Source of the DNA: an uncultured Nitrososphaerales archaeon
GTDB taxonomy: Archaea > Thermoproteota > Nitrososphaeria > Nitrososphaerales > Nitrososphaeraceae
DNA: 23,930 nt
Assembly (NCBI GenBank): GCA_963709405.1
Contig: CAVPXM010000049.1
Span: 1-23,930 of the forward strand
Direction of reading: 5' to 3'
The notes beneath the pieces are model-generated. The model ran no database searches, was not told the origin of the DNA, and saw only the letters and a program-made list of their open reading frames with translations. The stretch's first letter is position 1, and every line of letters begins with the position of its first letter. Shown here one piece after another: positions 1-10,059 of the stretch. The position numbers were made by a program, and so were the translations under genes.

Positions 1-98
1 GTTTAATCTTCTCCACCCTACTTCTCTTCCCTCCTTTTTCCAAATCGTTATATATTTTCCATTGATAGACCAACAACAAAGGGTTGCTTAGACGTCAT
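1..98 (-). CDS. 5' end of a hypothetical ORF running off the left edge
   Basis: ATG at 98 opens MTSKQPFVVGLSMENIYNDLEKGGKRSRVEKIK to the window edge; no motif recognised. Confidence 0.25.
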
Positions 99-374
99 GA
101 TAATACCAAAACGTATTAGACAAAACTAACATAGGAAGAGATAAGAGAATACTAGAATAATGACATAGATGCATCTCTAGTGTAAATACGTCTTCAGTGA
201 TGCTATGATTCACGTATCAGAATCATAGTCCAGTTCAGAAAATTAATTATAGTATAGATAATTCTTAACTTCGAATGATCATAGAAAACTTCTAAAATTG
301 ATTCAAAATTTGTAAGGATTTGGTTAATTGATAAAGAAGGACAATATTTGGTGTCAAAATTTAGTGCCGACAAA

Positions 375-1391
375 GCTCTGTTGCATGAATCATTTTATCA
401 TTTGTATAGTTCTCTTATATCTTTACATCGCGATAGCAAACATGTTATACAGTGATGCTTTTAGCAACATCTCTTTGGCCATATTTTGAAACTTTCTTGC
501 AGTACATACTCGCCAAACGTTCTTTTGATAGACGAGAATACCGTTTCTGCCATCCACCTTTGTCCATAGCTCACGCTATGTTTCCATCTTTTGAGATTTG
601 TTTGTTGTCTCATTATAGGACCTGATTCCTTGCTTGACAGTTGCCTGTCTTGACCTTGGAATTATTCTTGTCTTTATACCAGGTTGAATACGGTTCTTGG
701 ATGATATCTAAAATTCTTATTACTGTCATACATACCATCTGCTAACGCACCCTTTACATTGTTATTTGCAGAAGCATTATCAATCAACTTCTTTAGCATC
801 TTGCCATCGTGTACTTCTTCACTAGTAACCTCCAAAGAAATAATCTTCTTTATTCTTGATGTTTACTGCTACATGTATTTTCAGATAACCTCTTCTTACG
901 TGCCATTTATGTCGTATCCATTCACCTCTATTGGCAACTTTGATTCCTGTACTATCTAATGCTATAATGATGTCGTCATCATTACCTACTTCATGTCGTT
1001 CGCTGATTCTGATATCCTGGTTATTAATACGTCTGTTAATTGCACTGTAGTTTGGAATAGATGGTATCTTCTTATTACCAGCATGAGCTATGACTACGCC
1101 TTTGCTTGGCGGTATGGCAGATGAAAATATACCCTCATGTAACCTAGTAATTGGATAAACGAATCTGGATAGTGGTACTGTCCACCCCTCTTTCCATCAT
1201 TCATTAAGTCCAACTCACTATACCAACTATCTATGACATCAAAATCTAGAATAACTTCACCTCGCCTAACTAGCGATTTGTTATAAAAAGACCAGTTAAT
1301 CATGTCCAACAATAATCTCATTACATGTTGGCTAAATCTCAATTGGTCAACAAACTCATACCTATATGATAATGATTTTGTGCAACAAAGC
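375..1391 (-). mobile_element. IS5-family (IS903-group-like) insertion sequence, complete ends, decayed transposase
   Basis: Terminal inverted repeats GCTCTGTTGCATGAATCAT (from 375) and GCTTTGTTGCACAAAATCAT (reverse complement, ending 1391). Flanking direct repeat CCGACAAA at 367-374 and 1393-1400 fits a target-site duplication. Confidence 0.85.
423..1303 (-). pseudogene. IS5/IS903-group DDE transposase, multiply frameshifted
   Basis: Read across frames: MINWSFYNKSLVRRGE, IALDSTGIKVANRGEWIRHKW..GYLKIHVAV, EEVHDGKML, ALADGMYDS, RWMAETVFSSIKRTFGEYVTARKFQNMAKEMLLKASLYN. Several frameshifts and stops. Confidence 0.9.
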
Positions 1392-1511
1392 ACCGACAAA
1401 TACAAAAATACTCATGATGAATTTTCCAATGTACTAATAAGCAAGCTCTAAGAAGATAGGCGATGATCACCTTACAAATAATAAATATTCAAACACTATA
1501 ATAAAGTCACT

Positions 1512-1640
1512 TTAACCCTTTTTCCAATCCATTTTCCTGGAAGATAGAGATCGACCGTCTTTACCACTTTTTCCCACAATCTTTTCCAATTTAATGACTA
1601 TTTTCTTTTTCTGCTCCTGTTTTTTCTTAGTTTTTTTCAT
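1512..1640 (-). CDS. Small Lys-rich hypothetical peptide (42 aa)
   Basis: MKKTKKKQEQKKKIVIKLEKIVGKSGKDGRSLSSRKMDWKKG*, below the ORF-track cutoff. Confidence 0.3.
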   Translation of the reverse strand: MKKTKKKQEQKKKIVIKLEKIVGKSGKDGRSLSSRKMDWKKG

Positions 1641-2002
1641 ATGATATATACTCTTAACGGGCTTAGATACAAATAGTTACGGTCTTATAGTTTTGGGTAT
1701 TTATTATTAATGATTCAATATTACGAATTTTCTATAAGTCGAAATTTAGATTTTAAGATTTGGATTAAGTACGTAATTATGATTTATGTTTTATGTTTCA
1801 TTCTATCTCTATGAAAATGTAAGATCACAATATTGTATTTCATATCTCAATGCTAAAGACAATAATCATATCTTCAATCGCTTTTCCTACTATCATAGGT
1901 AATCATCTTTAACTCCCCTTTTTGAATATAGGTTTTGAATAAATGTTGAATATTCCGCTTTGGTGTTACGATTTTTGCAGGATCTTAACAGATAATGTGT
2001 GT

Positions 2003-2167
2003 TTATTTTTTAATAAATCCTTCTTTACGCAATTCTGCTAATATGCTCATCAAAGTATCATAATCTATATTTACCTCGTTTAAAATAATAGAATGGTCCA
2101 CTTTACCAAATTTCTTTATGAATTTCTCGATGTTTTGTTTTTTCTTTTGATACTCTCTGGTCTTCAC
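2003..2167 (-). CDS. Small winged-helix-like protein (54 aa)
   Basis: GTG start; MKTREYQKKKQNIEKFIKKFGKVDHSIILNEVNIDYDTLMSILAELRKEGFIKK*. The ILxELxKEGFI ending is typical of a wHTH recognition helix and wing. Confidence 0.55.
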   Translation of the reverse strand: MKTREYQKKKQNIEKFIKKFGKVDHSIILNEVNIDYDTLMSILAELRKEGFIKK

Positions 2168-2627
2168 ATTATTATATACTACAGAACTAAATCAAATGTC
2201 TTTTTTTGACCCCAAGTTATAATAATTAGATTACAAACAATATTACATATTTTGAGAGTAGGCCACTTAGGATCAATTATATCAAAATACTCTACCACTA
2301 TCGACAACAAAACTAAGTTCACGTCACGACAACATTGTGCTTTCAAGATGTGCTTCCAATCTTTTTTCTTTGATTGATGATTCCTTTTCTTTTTTCATAT
2401 TATTATCAATATTTTTGTAATTGTTTATTTCTGCTTATCATAATGTAGTTGAACCCCTTAACCACAAGGGAAACAATCCCGCCAGTCCATTGAATCCTTG
2501 GCTCAGATCCAAGAATCAAAATGGTAAGAATGAAACCCTTGTTGGATCACCGCTACAAGCAGATTCATGAAGCCATAATAGTATCTATATAGGAGCCTAT
2601 TTTGTAACATATTCTTTAATACATGTA

Positions 2628-2699
2628 GTCAGATCACCGTCAAATTGACGTCAGACATTTGTAGAACCATCGTCAAATGCCTATCAAATGCTCTTCATG
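2628..2699. repeat. 11-bp-phased GTCARA motif array
   Basis: GTCAGA 2628, GTCAAA 2639, GTCAGA 2650, GTAGAA 2661, GTCAAA 2672, ATCAAA 2683, degenerate TTCATG 2694. Confidence 0.7.
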
Positions 2700-2795
2700 C
2701 TCATTTTTGAGGTTCAAGCTTGGTAATATGATACTTTACAATTAATTGATTTATTTTTATTTTATTTGTAGCTTTAATAAGTCCTCTTGATTACG

Positions 2796-3743
2796 ATGGG
2801 ATCAAAACTACCCAGAGAGATAAAGTCTTGAAGTTTTAAGAAAATGGTTAGAAGGCAATAGTAGAGACATAATTGCATTTGAAGTACGTATAGGAACTGG
2901 TACCGTAAGTGGCATAATCAAGGAATTCCGAACAGGCGATTTTGATGCTGACTTGCTGAGAGAAGTTGCGTTACACCTAAAAACAGAGGATTGACCATAC
3001 AGTCATTTGTACCTTTAGTAAGGTTAAGAGAAGTACTGGAAGAAATGGAATGGATATTAGGTGTCATACCAGAGCGAGAAGATGAAAGAGCAAAACAAAA
3101 AGAAGCAAAAGAAGGTGAAACATATGATTATAGTGGATACGATAACTATGAGAACGAGCTTGACCAATTTGTAGAAACGAAGATGGAATCGTTGATAATG
3201 AGCCTTGAAGTATGTTGCTATAAAGATAACCTATCAGCAAAGCAGTTTTTTGATTGTATTCACAGTATGTATTTGACCGCAAAGAAAATCGATGTTCCTC
3301 TTGAGGACTTTCCTAGCTATATTGAACAACAAGCGGCTTGTATAGAAAGTGTATCGCAGCAAATAAAGAATTTGGAGTTAGAAAAACAGGCTGCACTGGA
3401 AAAGTATCAAACCACAGAAAAATTAGTCGAAGAATTCTCACTTAGCAGACCAATGTTTGATGAAATCCAACGATTGAAACAAGAGTTACAGCAAGTAACT
3501 CTAGACAGAGATAAATACAAATTTGAGATGGAAAATGAAAGATTTTGGAAGCGAAAAAATGATGAATTTGAGTGGTCGATTCCTGAACCAGAATTGGAAA
3601 AAGCTAATGAAGAACTGTTCTATAGAACTGGTCCGTATAAAAAACAGGTGATAAATCCAAAACACCTAAAGGAAATGGTGATGGATCTTTATCACAGGCC
3701 GAGTAAATACGTTGATATAATCGGCAAATTGATGGAACGATAA
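2796..3743 (+). pseudogene. N-terminal HTH plus coiled-coil hypothetical protein with two compensating frameshifts
   Basis: MGSKLPREIK /fs ~2826/ LEVLRKWLEGNSRDIIAFEVRIGTGTVSGIIKEF (HTH-like) ..LLREVALHLK /fs ~2981/ joins the 250-aa ORF 2991-3743, which has a heptad-rich coiled-coil segment. Confidence 0.7.
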
Positions 3744-4069
3744 TGAGAACTGAAAGAGAAACTGACTAACAATTATGTTTAGTACATTTGCTAATGTATA
3801 TTTGCCATAAGAAAGAATTATCCGAATTATGAATATCTCTTGCAAAAAAATAAATATAATTTCGAAAAAAATCCATTTACAATTTGACTACTATTACTAC
3901 CCACAATCTCAAAATTTTACTTTACTGTGGCGCCCAATGTTATTGCTGCATCTGCACAAACTGAATTAATCCAGGGCACCGGATCCTGGAGCGTTAGTTA
4001 TATCGGTCTAAAAATTTCAGAACTTTCAAAAGCTATGCAAGCCATTATAAAGTTGGGATCTGTTCCTAG

Positions 4070-4749
4070 GGCTCTGTTCACTTAATGATAAAATCTATAG
4101 ATTGAAGATGTCCTATCTCGTTTTATGAATACAAGAAATAGAACATCTTTAGAATATATTGGCCATGGTCTATATTTTTATTTATTTTCAGGTCTTTCAT
4201 TAAGAAAGACATACGAAAGATTATCGTCTTGTTTTATAAAGAGAAATCATGTATCAGTCTGGAATCGGATACAAAAGTATAAACCCAAAAAGATATTTGA
4301 CAGGAAAAAGAAAATCGAGGAATTCATCGTTAAGTAAACACAAATAAAAATTGGTTCAGAATTGATATGGCTTTGGGTTGCTATCGAACTTGAGAGTAAG
4401 GAAATCCTTGGAATTAGTATATCCAAAGAGAGAGAAATATTATGCTTCTAGCTGAGCAATTTATTTCAAGCCTAGTTAAGATTCATGGTCAACATCTAGT
4501 TTCCACAGATGGAGGTACTTGGTATCCACAGGCTTGCAGGTTCTTGAGATTGTCCCATCATATCCATTCTTCCTATGAGAAAAGCATCATAGAAAGGACG
4601 ATACAGTACATAAAAGATAGAACCGAATTCTTTGATGACTATTTTCCTTGCAGAAAGAAGAATTGTAATTTATTACATGTGTGGAATTGGTTAAATCTAT
4701 TTGTAGGTTATCATAACAAGCAATTACAAATCGTTAAGTGAATAGGACC
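4070..4749 (+). mobile_element. IS6-family insertion sequence
   Basis: TIRs GGCTCTGTTCACTTAATGAT (4070-4089) and GGTCCTATTCACTTAACGAT (reverse complement of 4730-4749), 16/20 identical; about 680 bp. Confidence 0.85.
4125..4741 (+). pseudogene. IS6-family DDE transposase, disrupted
   Basis: YLFSGLSLRK..RNHVSVWNRIQKY, stop where the first catalytic D(E) is expected, IKIGSELIWLWVAIE, frameshift, VSTDGGTWYPQACRFL, EKSIIERTIQYIKDRTEFFDDYFPC. Confidence 0.88.
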
Positions 4750-4757
4750 GGATAAAG

Positions 4758-5960
4758 GGCCCTGTTAACAGTTATGTAAAGAATATGTAATGCTCTTCTG
4801 TAAACTAACAGTGCTCGTTCAGATACCATAACACCTTTAGCTTACTCTCTTTTAAATTATCAGCATGAGGGATACATTCCTCAGATTGCTTACAAATAAT
4901 GAAAAGAATAGGTTACATGATAGCATACTTGAGGATAGAGAATCTGGATACCGTGCAAAGATTATTCTTCTTAAGGATGATGGATACACAGTTCCTGAAA
5001 TAAGGAAGGCAACTAACCATCATGATAGCAACATAAGAAAATGGATTCATCGTTTCAATGAAAAAGGTATAGATGGAATAGCATCAAAAATACACAAGCA
5101 TAAACCAATCAAAATATCTGACGATATGGAGAATAAGATTGTGGAGATAGCAACCAAAAATTCAAGAAAAGATTATGGATTACCATTTTCCACATGGTCA
5201 TTAAGAGGTACTAGCAGGATTTGTCTCCAAGGAGATGAGCCTTGTAGATGCTATCAGCCACACCGAGGTTAGAAATATCCTCCTAAAACACGGAATAAAA
5301 TATAGGCAGTCAAAGATTACTCTGGGACACAGCCTAGATCCTGAATATCATTTGAAAAAAAGAGAATTGAAGAACTAAGATACAGTAACCTGTCTTCTGA
5401 CTCAGTACCTACTCTACGAGGATGAGAAAGGACCGATAGTAGCAAAAACATATGGCGGTACATCTTGGTCCTCTACACAGTCTAAGGTATCCAAAGCTCA
5501 AAAGACAAAGGGAATTCTAAACGTGTTTGGTATATACGATTATACCAATGATCAAATGTGGACGCATGGCTACAAAAAGAAAACCGGAAAACAGTTTTTA
5601 GATTTTATCAAAAGAATGGACCAAAAGTATGACGATAGTATCAAGCAGATATTTCTGATACTTGATAACGTATCGATACATAAATCAAACAAGGTGAAAG
5701 CAGTATTATCCAAATATCATCCAAGGATACACCTTGTATTTCTTCCCACCAGATCACCCGAGCTCAATCTGATAGAGGTAAGATGGCTATGGATGCAACG
5801 ACAAGCAATAAACAATTCCACCTTTCAAAATGAACGTGATATAGGTAAAGCAGTATCTGATTGGGCATGTGATTATAATAAAAACATAGAGGCAAAACTA
5901 GTATAAACAGTTTACATGGAGAAAGCATCTACATGTTTACATAACTCTTAACTAAGTGCC
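4758..5960 (+). mobile_element. IS630-family insertion sequence
   Basis: Inverted ends GTTAACAGTTATGTAAA (4764) and GTTAAGAGTTATGTAAA (reverse complement, ending 5952), with TA at 4766-67 and 5949-50. Similarity extends outward to GGC at 4758 and 5960, so the exact boundary is uncertain. Confidence 0.8.
4865..5906 (+). pseudogene. IS630-family transposase, frameshifted
   Basis: HTH (IRKWIHRFNEKGIDG), FSTWSLR, A7G slippery site at ~5355-5362 (typical programmed -1 site), YEDEKGP, ILDNVSIHKS, FLPTRSPELNLIE. Two additional indels (~5208, ~5408). Confidence 0.9.
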
Positions 5961-6590
5961 AACGCATTCTGTAAGTATATCTGTAATCCGATCAACCTTG
6001 GAAGCATTATTGGCTGCCAACGTGGCAATTCTGACACATTCTCTAATGTTTGCGCTTAATTTGTTGAACACTGATTCAGCAATAAGGATGGCAATATCTT
6101 TTTTCAATGTCTTTCTCTCCATTCAGGATCCCGACAGGAACTTCAAATTCTTCTTTAGTGTAGGATTTAAGATGAATGACTATAAATCTCGTCAATAACG
6201 GAACTAATAGTCTGTCTGCCCTATTAGCACTAGCAAAAACGCATGTCTTTAATCGAATCATTCTTTGCTGTCTATGTTTAGCTCAGATAATATACCGGAC
6301 TCCATTAGATTCGATAGATTATATTGATCTCGTTTATTCATCTTGTCGATCTCGTCTATAATGAAGTATCGAGGTCTGTGTTCAAATAGGTAATCGAATA
6401 TTCCAGATTTAGTTGAACTACTACTACTACATAGTAAGAGCGTTCCAATTTTGTAAGACAATTTATGAACAATGTTTTAGCAGACGCTGGGGATCCAACT
6501 AACAGAATGTGAACCGACTTGCATACATGTAATGATAATTGAAGCACATTCTTTAAACCAAGAACCTCCATGATATAGTTAAATAGTTCG
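5961..6590 (-). pseudogene. MCM-like AAA+ ATPase (compact), fragmented
   Basis: HILLVGSPASAKT (Walker A, cf. MCM GDPGTAKS), SSSTKSG, FIIDEIDKM (Walker B), NLMESG, VFASAN (sensor 1), PLLTRF (Arg finger), spread over several frames. The 3' end abuts IS630. Confidence 0.8.
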
Positions 6591-6656
6591 CCAGTGATGT
6601 TGCCTGCTTTCATTTCTAGCATTGCCGAGTGGCAATATTGGGTCAGTATTAGTGCC

Positions 6657-6763
6657 CATTCGACCGAACCCGCTAAGATTTGGATTACATACATTGGTGT
6701 ATTGCATCCCACCAAACCCGCTAAAACACTTGGATTACCTACACCGGTGTGTTTTATCCCACC
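6657..6763. repeat. Tandem repeat, 48- and 50-bp units plus a partial third unit
   Basis: CATTCGACCGAACCCGCTAAGATTTGGATTACATACATTGGTGTATTG / CATCCCACCAAACCCGCTAAAACACTTGGATTACCTACACCGGTGTGTTT / TATCCCACC. Confidence 0.8.
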
Positions 6764-6950
6764 GGATGGTAGTCAAGTCTCTTCTGAATTCTACCTATAG
6801 GATGCAGTGTAAAAAAGTTAGGCCATGGACATTGAACTATATGATTTTCACTTTCACTTTAATGCAATTACCTTGATTTTTCAAAGATGCAATCATCGCT
6901 AGCAATGATTAATTGACCGATGTGATTGAGTTCATGAAAGGTGTGACAAA

Positions 6951-8450
6951 ATGAGATGCGAGAACCCTGTCATGAATCAGATTCTCGATGCTTACAAACC
7001 AATGTGGTCGCTAAAACATGCCATTTCTCTAATGGGTTGGGACTTTGAGACTTATATGCCTAGGGAAGGCACGGAAGAAAGAGGAGTGGCCGATTCTCAA
7101 CTTCACATGCTGCACAAGGATCTTCTGCTAAACAAAGATTTTATTGGTCTTGTTGAGTCAGCGAAGAAACTGGGAAGCCTTAGCGACATAGAGAAGGGCA
7201 TTGTACGAGTACTCAACAGGGAAATAACCAAGCAGATCAGGATACCCAAAGAGTTGACCGAAGCAGAATCTCTGGAAAGAATAAGGGGAAACATGGCATG
7301 GAGGGAAGCGAGAGAAAAATCTGCTTTCAGGATGTATGAACCGCACTTGAAGAAAATGATAGAAATAAAGAAGCAAATCGCTGAGAAGATAGGTTATGAA
7401 AAGCATCCATATGATGCGCTTCTGGATACGTTTGAAGAAGAGCTTACAGTAGATGACTTGGATAAAGTATTCGGTGCATTGACTCCGCGTATTCAGAAGA
7501 TTCTGAAAAAACTCGTAGATTCAGGCAGCCCATATTGCAAAGAGAGCAAACTTGGAAAATCAAGGTATGATATCCAAAAAGTGGATGAGCTCAATCATGA
7601 TATTTTGACTCTCCTGCAATACGACATGAAACGTTTCAGAATGGATGTATCTACTCATCCTTTCACTGAGGCTATGGGCCTCAACGACGTCAGAATAACT
7701 ACCCGGTATGAAGGGACTGATTTCAAAAAGTCGATATTTGGTACTATTCATGAAGCTGGTCATGCGTTGTATAATCTGCAATGCGATCAGTCATTGTCTG
7801 TTACTCCTCTTGAAGGAGGATCTTCGCTTGCGCTCCATGAATCTCAGTCAAGGTTTTGGGAAAATATTGTGGGCAGAAGCCTGCCTTTTGTTCAATTGAT
7901 AGCTCCATTGATTAGAAAGCAAGTAAGTTTCGCAAACCAAGCAACAGATGACGAATTGTACCTTTATTTCAATAATGTCAAGGCTGATTATATACGAGTT
8001 GACGCCGATGAAGTTACTTACAATCTACATATAGCAGTAAGATATGAGATAGAGAAAAAAGTATTTGGAGATGATCTCAGCGTCTCTGAGATTCCTGAAT
8101 TCTGGAACGATAGAATGGAGCAGCTGCTTGGAGTGAGACCAACTAAGGATTCACAGGGAGTGCTTCAAGATACACATTGGAGCAGTGGCCTCTTTGGCTA
8201 TTTCCCAACTTACACTTTGGGAAACTTGGTTTCAGCGATCATTGCTTCAAAGATGCGCAAAGATCTGGAGGGCTACGAGGAAGACATCAAGAGGGGTAAT
8301 TTCGAGCCTATTAGGAAATGGTTAAGATTGAAAATACACCAGCATGGATCTGTTTATGCCCCCAAAGTGCTTCTTAATAATACCTTCAATGAAGGCTATA
8401 ACCCAGATTACTTTGTTACCTACATCGAGACTAAATACCTTGGGTTCTGA
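6951..8450 (+). CDS. Carboxypeptidase Taq family metallocarboxypeptidase (peptidase M32)
   Basis: 499 aa with M32 motifs HPF, DVRITT, HEAGH (HExxH), HESQSRFWEN, IRVDADEVTY, QDTHW, GYFPTYTLG. Confidence 0.96.
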   Translation: MRCENPVMNQILDAYKPMWSLKHAISLMGWDFETYMPREGTEERGVADSQLHMLHKDLLLNKDFIGLVESAKKLGSLSDIEKGIVRVLNREITKQIRIPKELTEAESLERIRGNMAWREAREKSAFRMYEPHLKKMIEIKKQIAEKIGYEKHPYDALLDTFEEELTVDDLDKVFGALTPRIQKILKKLVDSGSPYCKESKLGKSRYDIQKVDELNHDILTLLQYDMKRFRMDVSTHPFTEAMGLNDVRITTRYEGTDFKKSIFGTIHEAGHALYNLQCDQSLSVTPLEGGSSLALHESQSRFWENIVGRSLPFVQLIAPLIRKQVSFANQATDDELYLYFNNVKADYIRVDADEVTYNLHIAVRYEIEKKVFGDDLSVSEIPEFWNDRMEQLLGVRPTKDSQGVLQDTHWSSGLFGYFPTYTLGNLVSAIIASKMRKDLEGYEEDIKRGNFEPIRKWLRLKIHQHGSVYAPKVLLNNTFNEGYNPDYFVTYIETKYLGF

Positions 8451-8760
8451 ACCCTAGCCTATTTGATTAAAACTATATTCTAATTCTTCTTATATCCTCC
8501 GGTGACCATCAGGCTTTCAGCACAACGACTTTACCCATCCAATATTTTCATGGTACTCCGACATCTCGAACTGGAAAGAATTATTTAAGGATGATTCTTC
8601 ACATGATGACCTTCGACGGTTGGGTAGACAATGCTATAAAGTTCTTGGAAGGATACAGAGACAGACGTCTTAGTTTGCTCTGAGATATTTGGCAAATATT
8701 AATTCATCTGGAATGTCTATTTCTTTCTTTTAAGCATCTTGGAACGAATTGCAAACGTAG

Positions 8761-8775
8761 AAAAACTTATTAAAA
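8761..8775 (+). promoter_or_regulatory. Putative archaeal BRE/TATA promoter
   Basis: AAAAAC-TTATTAAA about 20-25 bp upstream of ATG 8793, consistent with a leaderless transcript. Confidence 0.45.
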
Positions 8776-8792
8776 TACCTATACATATCCCT

Positions 8793-9215
8793 ATGATGTC
8801 ATCAGTCGAGTCTTTGAGAGGAGTTGTCCGACGATTGGAAGACACGTTTAACGATCCACAGCGTAGGGAATTATCTTACTTTGATTTTTATGATGATTCC
8901 TTGACTTTTCATGATTTTCCTCCAAATCAACCAGCCAACAAGGAAGGTTTTAAACAGTTCATTTATCTCCTGTGGAAAGCATTCCCTGATATAATAATCA
9001 CTTTTGAAGATATCATAATCGAAGGAAATAATGTGGCATGCAGATACAATTTATCTGGAACCCACAAAGGTCAATTTGAGAATCTTCGGCCAACTGATAA
9101 ACAATTCAGGGTTAATGGTATGACAGTATTTTCTTTCCGTGATGCAAAAGTCATAGAACGTTGGAATGTGGTGGATATGAAGTCAATGATAGAACAGTTG
9201 AGGACCCAATCCTGA
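8793..9215 (+). CDS. SnoaL-like ester cyclase (NTF2 fold)
   Basis: KEGFKQF..KAFPD..EDIIIEGNNVACRY..SGTHKGQF..PTDKQFRVNGMTVFSFRDAKVIERW. ATG 8793 preferred over TTG 8739 because of the TATA position. Confidence 0.9.
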   Translation: MMSSVESLRGVVRRLEDTFNDPQRRELSYFDFYDDSLTFHDFPPNQPANKEGFKQFIYLLWKAFPDIIITFEDIIIEGNNVACRYNLSGTHKGQFENLRPTDKQFRVNGMTVFSFRDAKVIERWNVVDMKSMIEQLRTQS

Positions 9216-9296
9216 GCCATGTTTGTCATTTGCATTAATCAACACCGGGAGGTAAGTTGGACAAACCTAATGTTCTAAACAGATACTGTCCTTAAC

Positions 9297-9580
9297 ATAT
9301 TGAATGAGCGCGCCTCACGATAGAATGCACATTAAAACGTAGAAGGTGTCTTGTAGACAAGATTAAAGAATTACTAGCAGATGAGATAAATGATAATAAA
9401 ATTTCATCTAAGTGGATTGAAGAATGCCTTCCAAGAGACTATAAACGAAAATATACACGCAAAAGCGAACTCAGTTCGCTTTCGAAAAAAACCGAGAGTA
9501 CAATACTCATCAACAGTGATACAGGGTGCAGTGATTCTTATGACAATATAGCCGACAAATTAGCGAATGGCTACAGGTAA
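9297..9580 (+). pseudogene. Remnant paralog of ORF 13789-14466
   Basis: KIKELLADEINDNKISSKWIEECLPRDYKRKYTRKSELSSLSK aligns with KIKEILKDKIREGKITAKWIEDCLPPEYKRKYTTKSEDTSLSK; no intact start. Confidence 0.85.
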
Positions 9581-9625
9581 CTCTTTTCCATATTTTGAAT
9601 CTCAAAATGTACAAGCAGGGCTTTC

Positions 9626-9836
9626 CTATAATTCGTCTGGAAAGTTGCTTCCATAAACAGCTTTGAACTTTTTAAACATCAACGCACAGTTTGCCGTATC
9701 AAAAGTATAGTATGTACCATCAATTTGTTCTATTGCTAAAGCTGTCGTTATTTTCGGTTTATCATTTGACATGTTCGGCGCTAATTATAACCTCTTTTCC
9801 ACACACTGGGCATTTATTTTCATGTGCTAGTATCAT
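9626..9836 (-). pseudogene. Small YHS/TRASH-like metal-binding protein, one frameshift
   Basis: MILAHENKCPVCGKEV /fs/ ..IEQIDGTYYTFDTANCALMFKKFKAVYGSNFPDEL*. Confidence 0.7.
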
Positions 9837-10059
9837 ATAATACTAGGCAGTCTCCTTTTTTCTTATCGAAGCAATAGAAGTGTAATTATAGTTAGTTTCT
9901 TATAGGTCTATACGTAAAAATATTACATGACATTTACACATATACACATTTTTATTTTGTTTGTGGATAGAGCGACACGGTTTTAATTGCCAAGAGTACT
10001 TAGGCTTGATACCAACTATTGAATAGTTGGTTGGTTAACTGGTTCATTAACAATATTCA

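Noticed and set aside
759-959. 66-aa plus-strand ORF
   Set aside because: Antisense shadow of the IS5 transposase pseudogene.
6657-6763. Tandem repeat as a CRISPR array
   Set aside because: Units are contiguous with no spacer-length unique sequence and no CRISPR-like end.
5956-6876. Plus-strand ORFs 5956, 6176, 6594, 6622
   Set aside because: Antisense to the AAA remnant or running through the tandem repeat; no motifs.
7103-7899. Short ORFs overlapping the M32 gene
   Set aside because: Shadow ORFs of a well-supported CDS.
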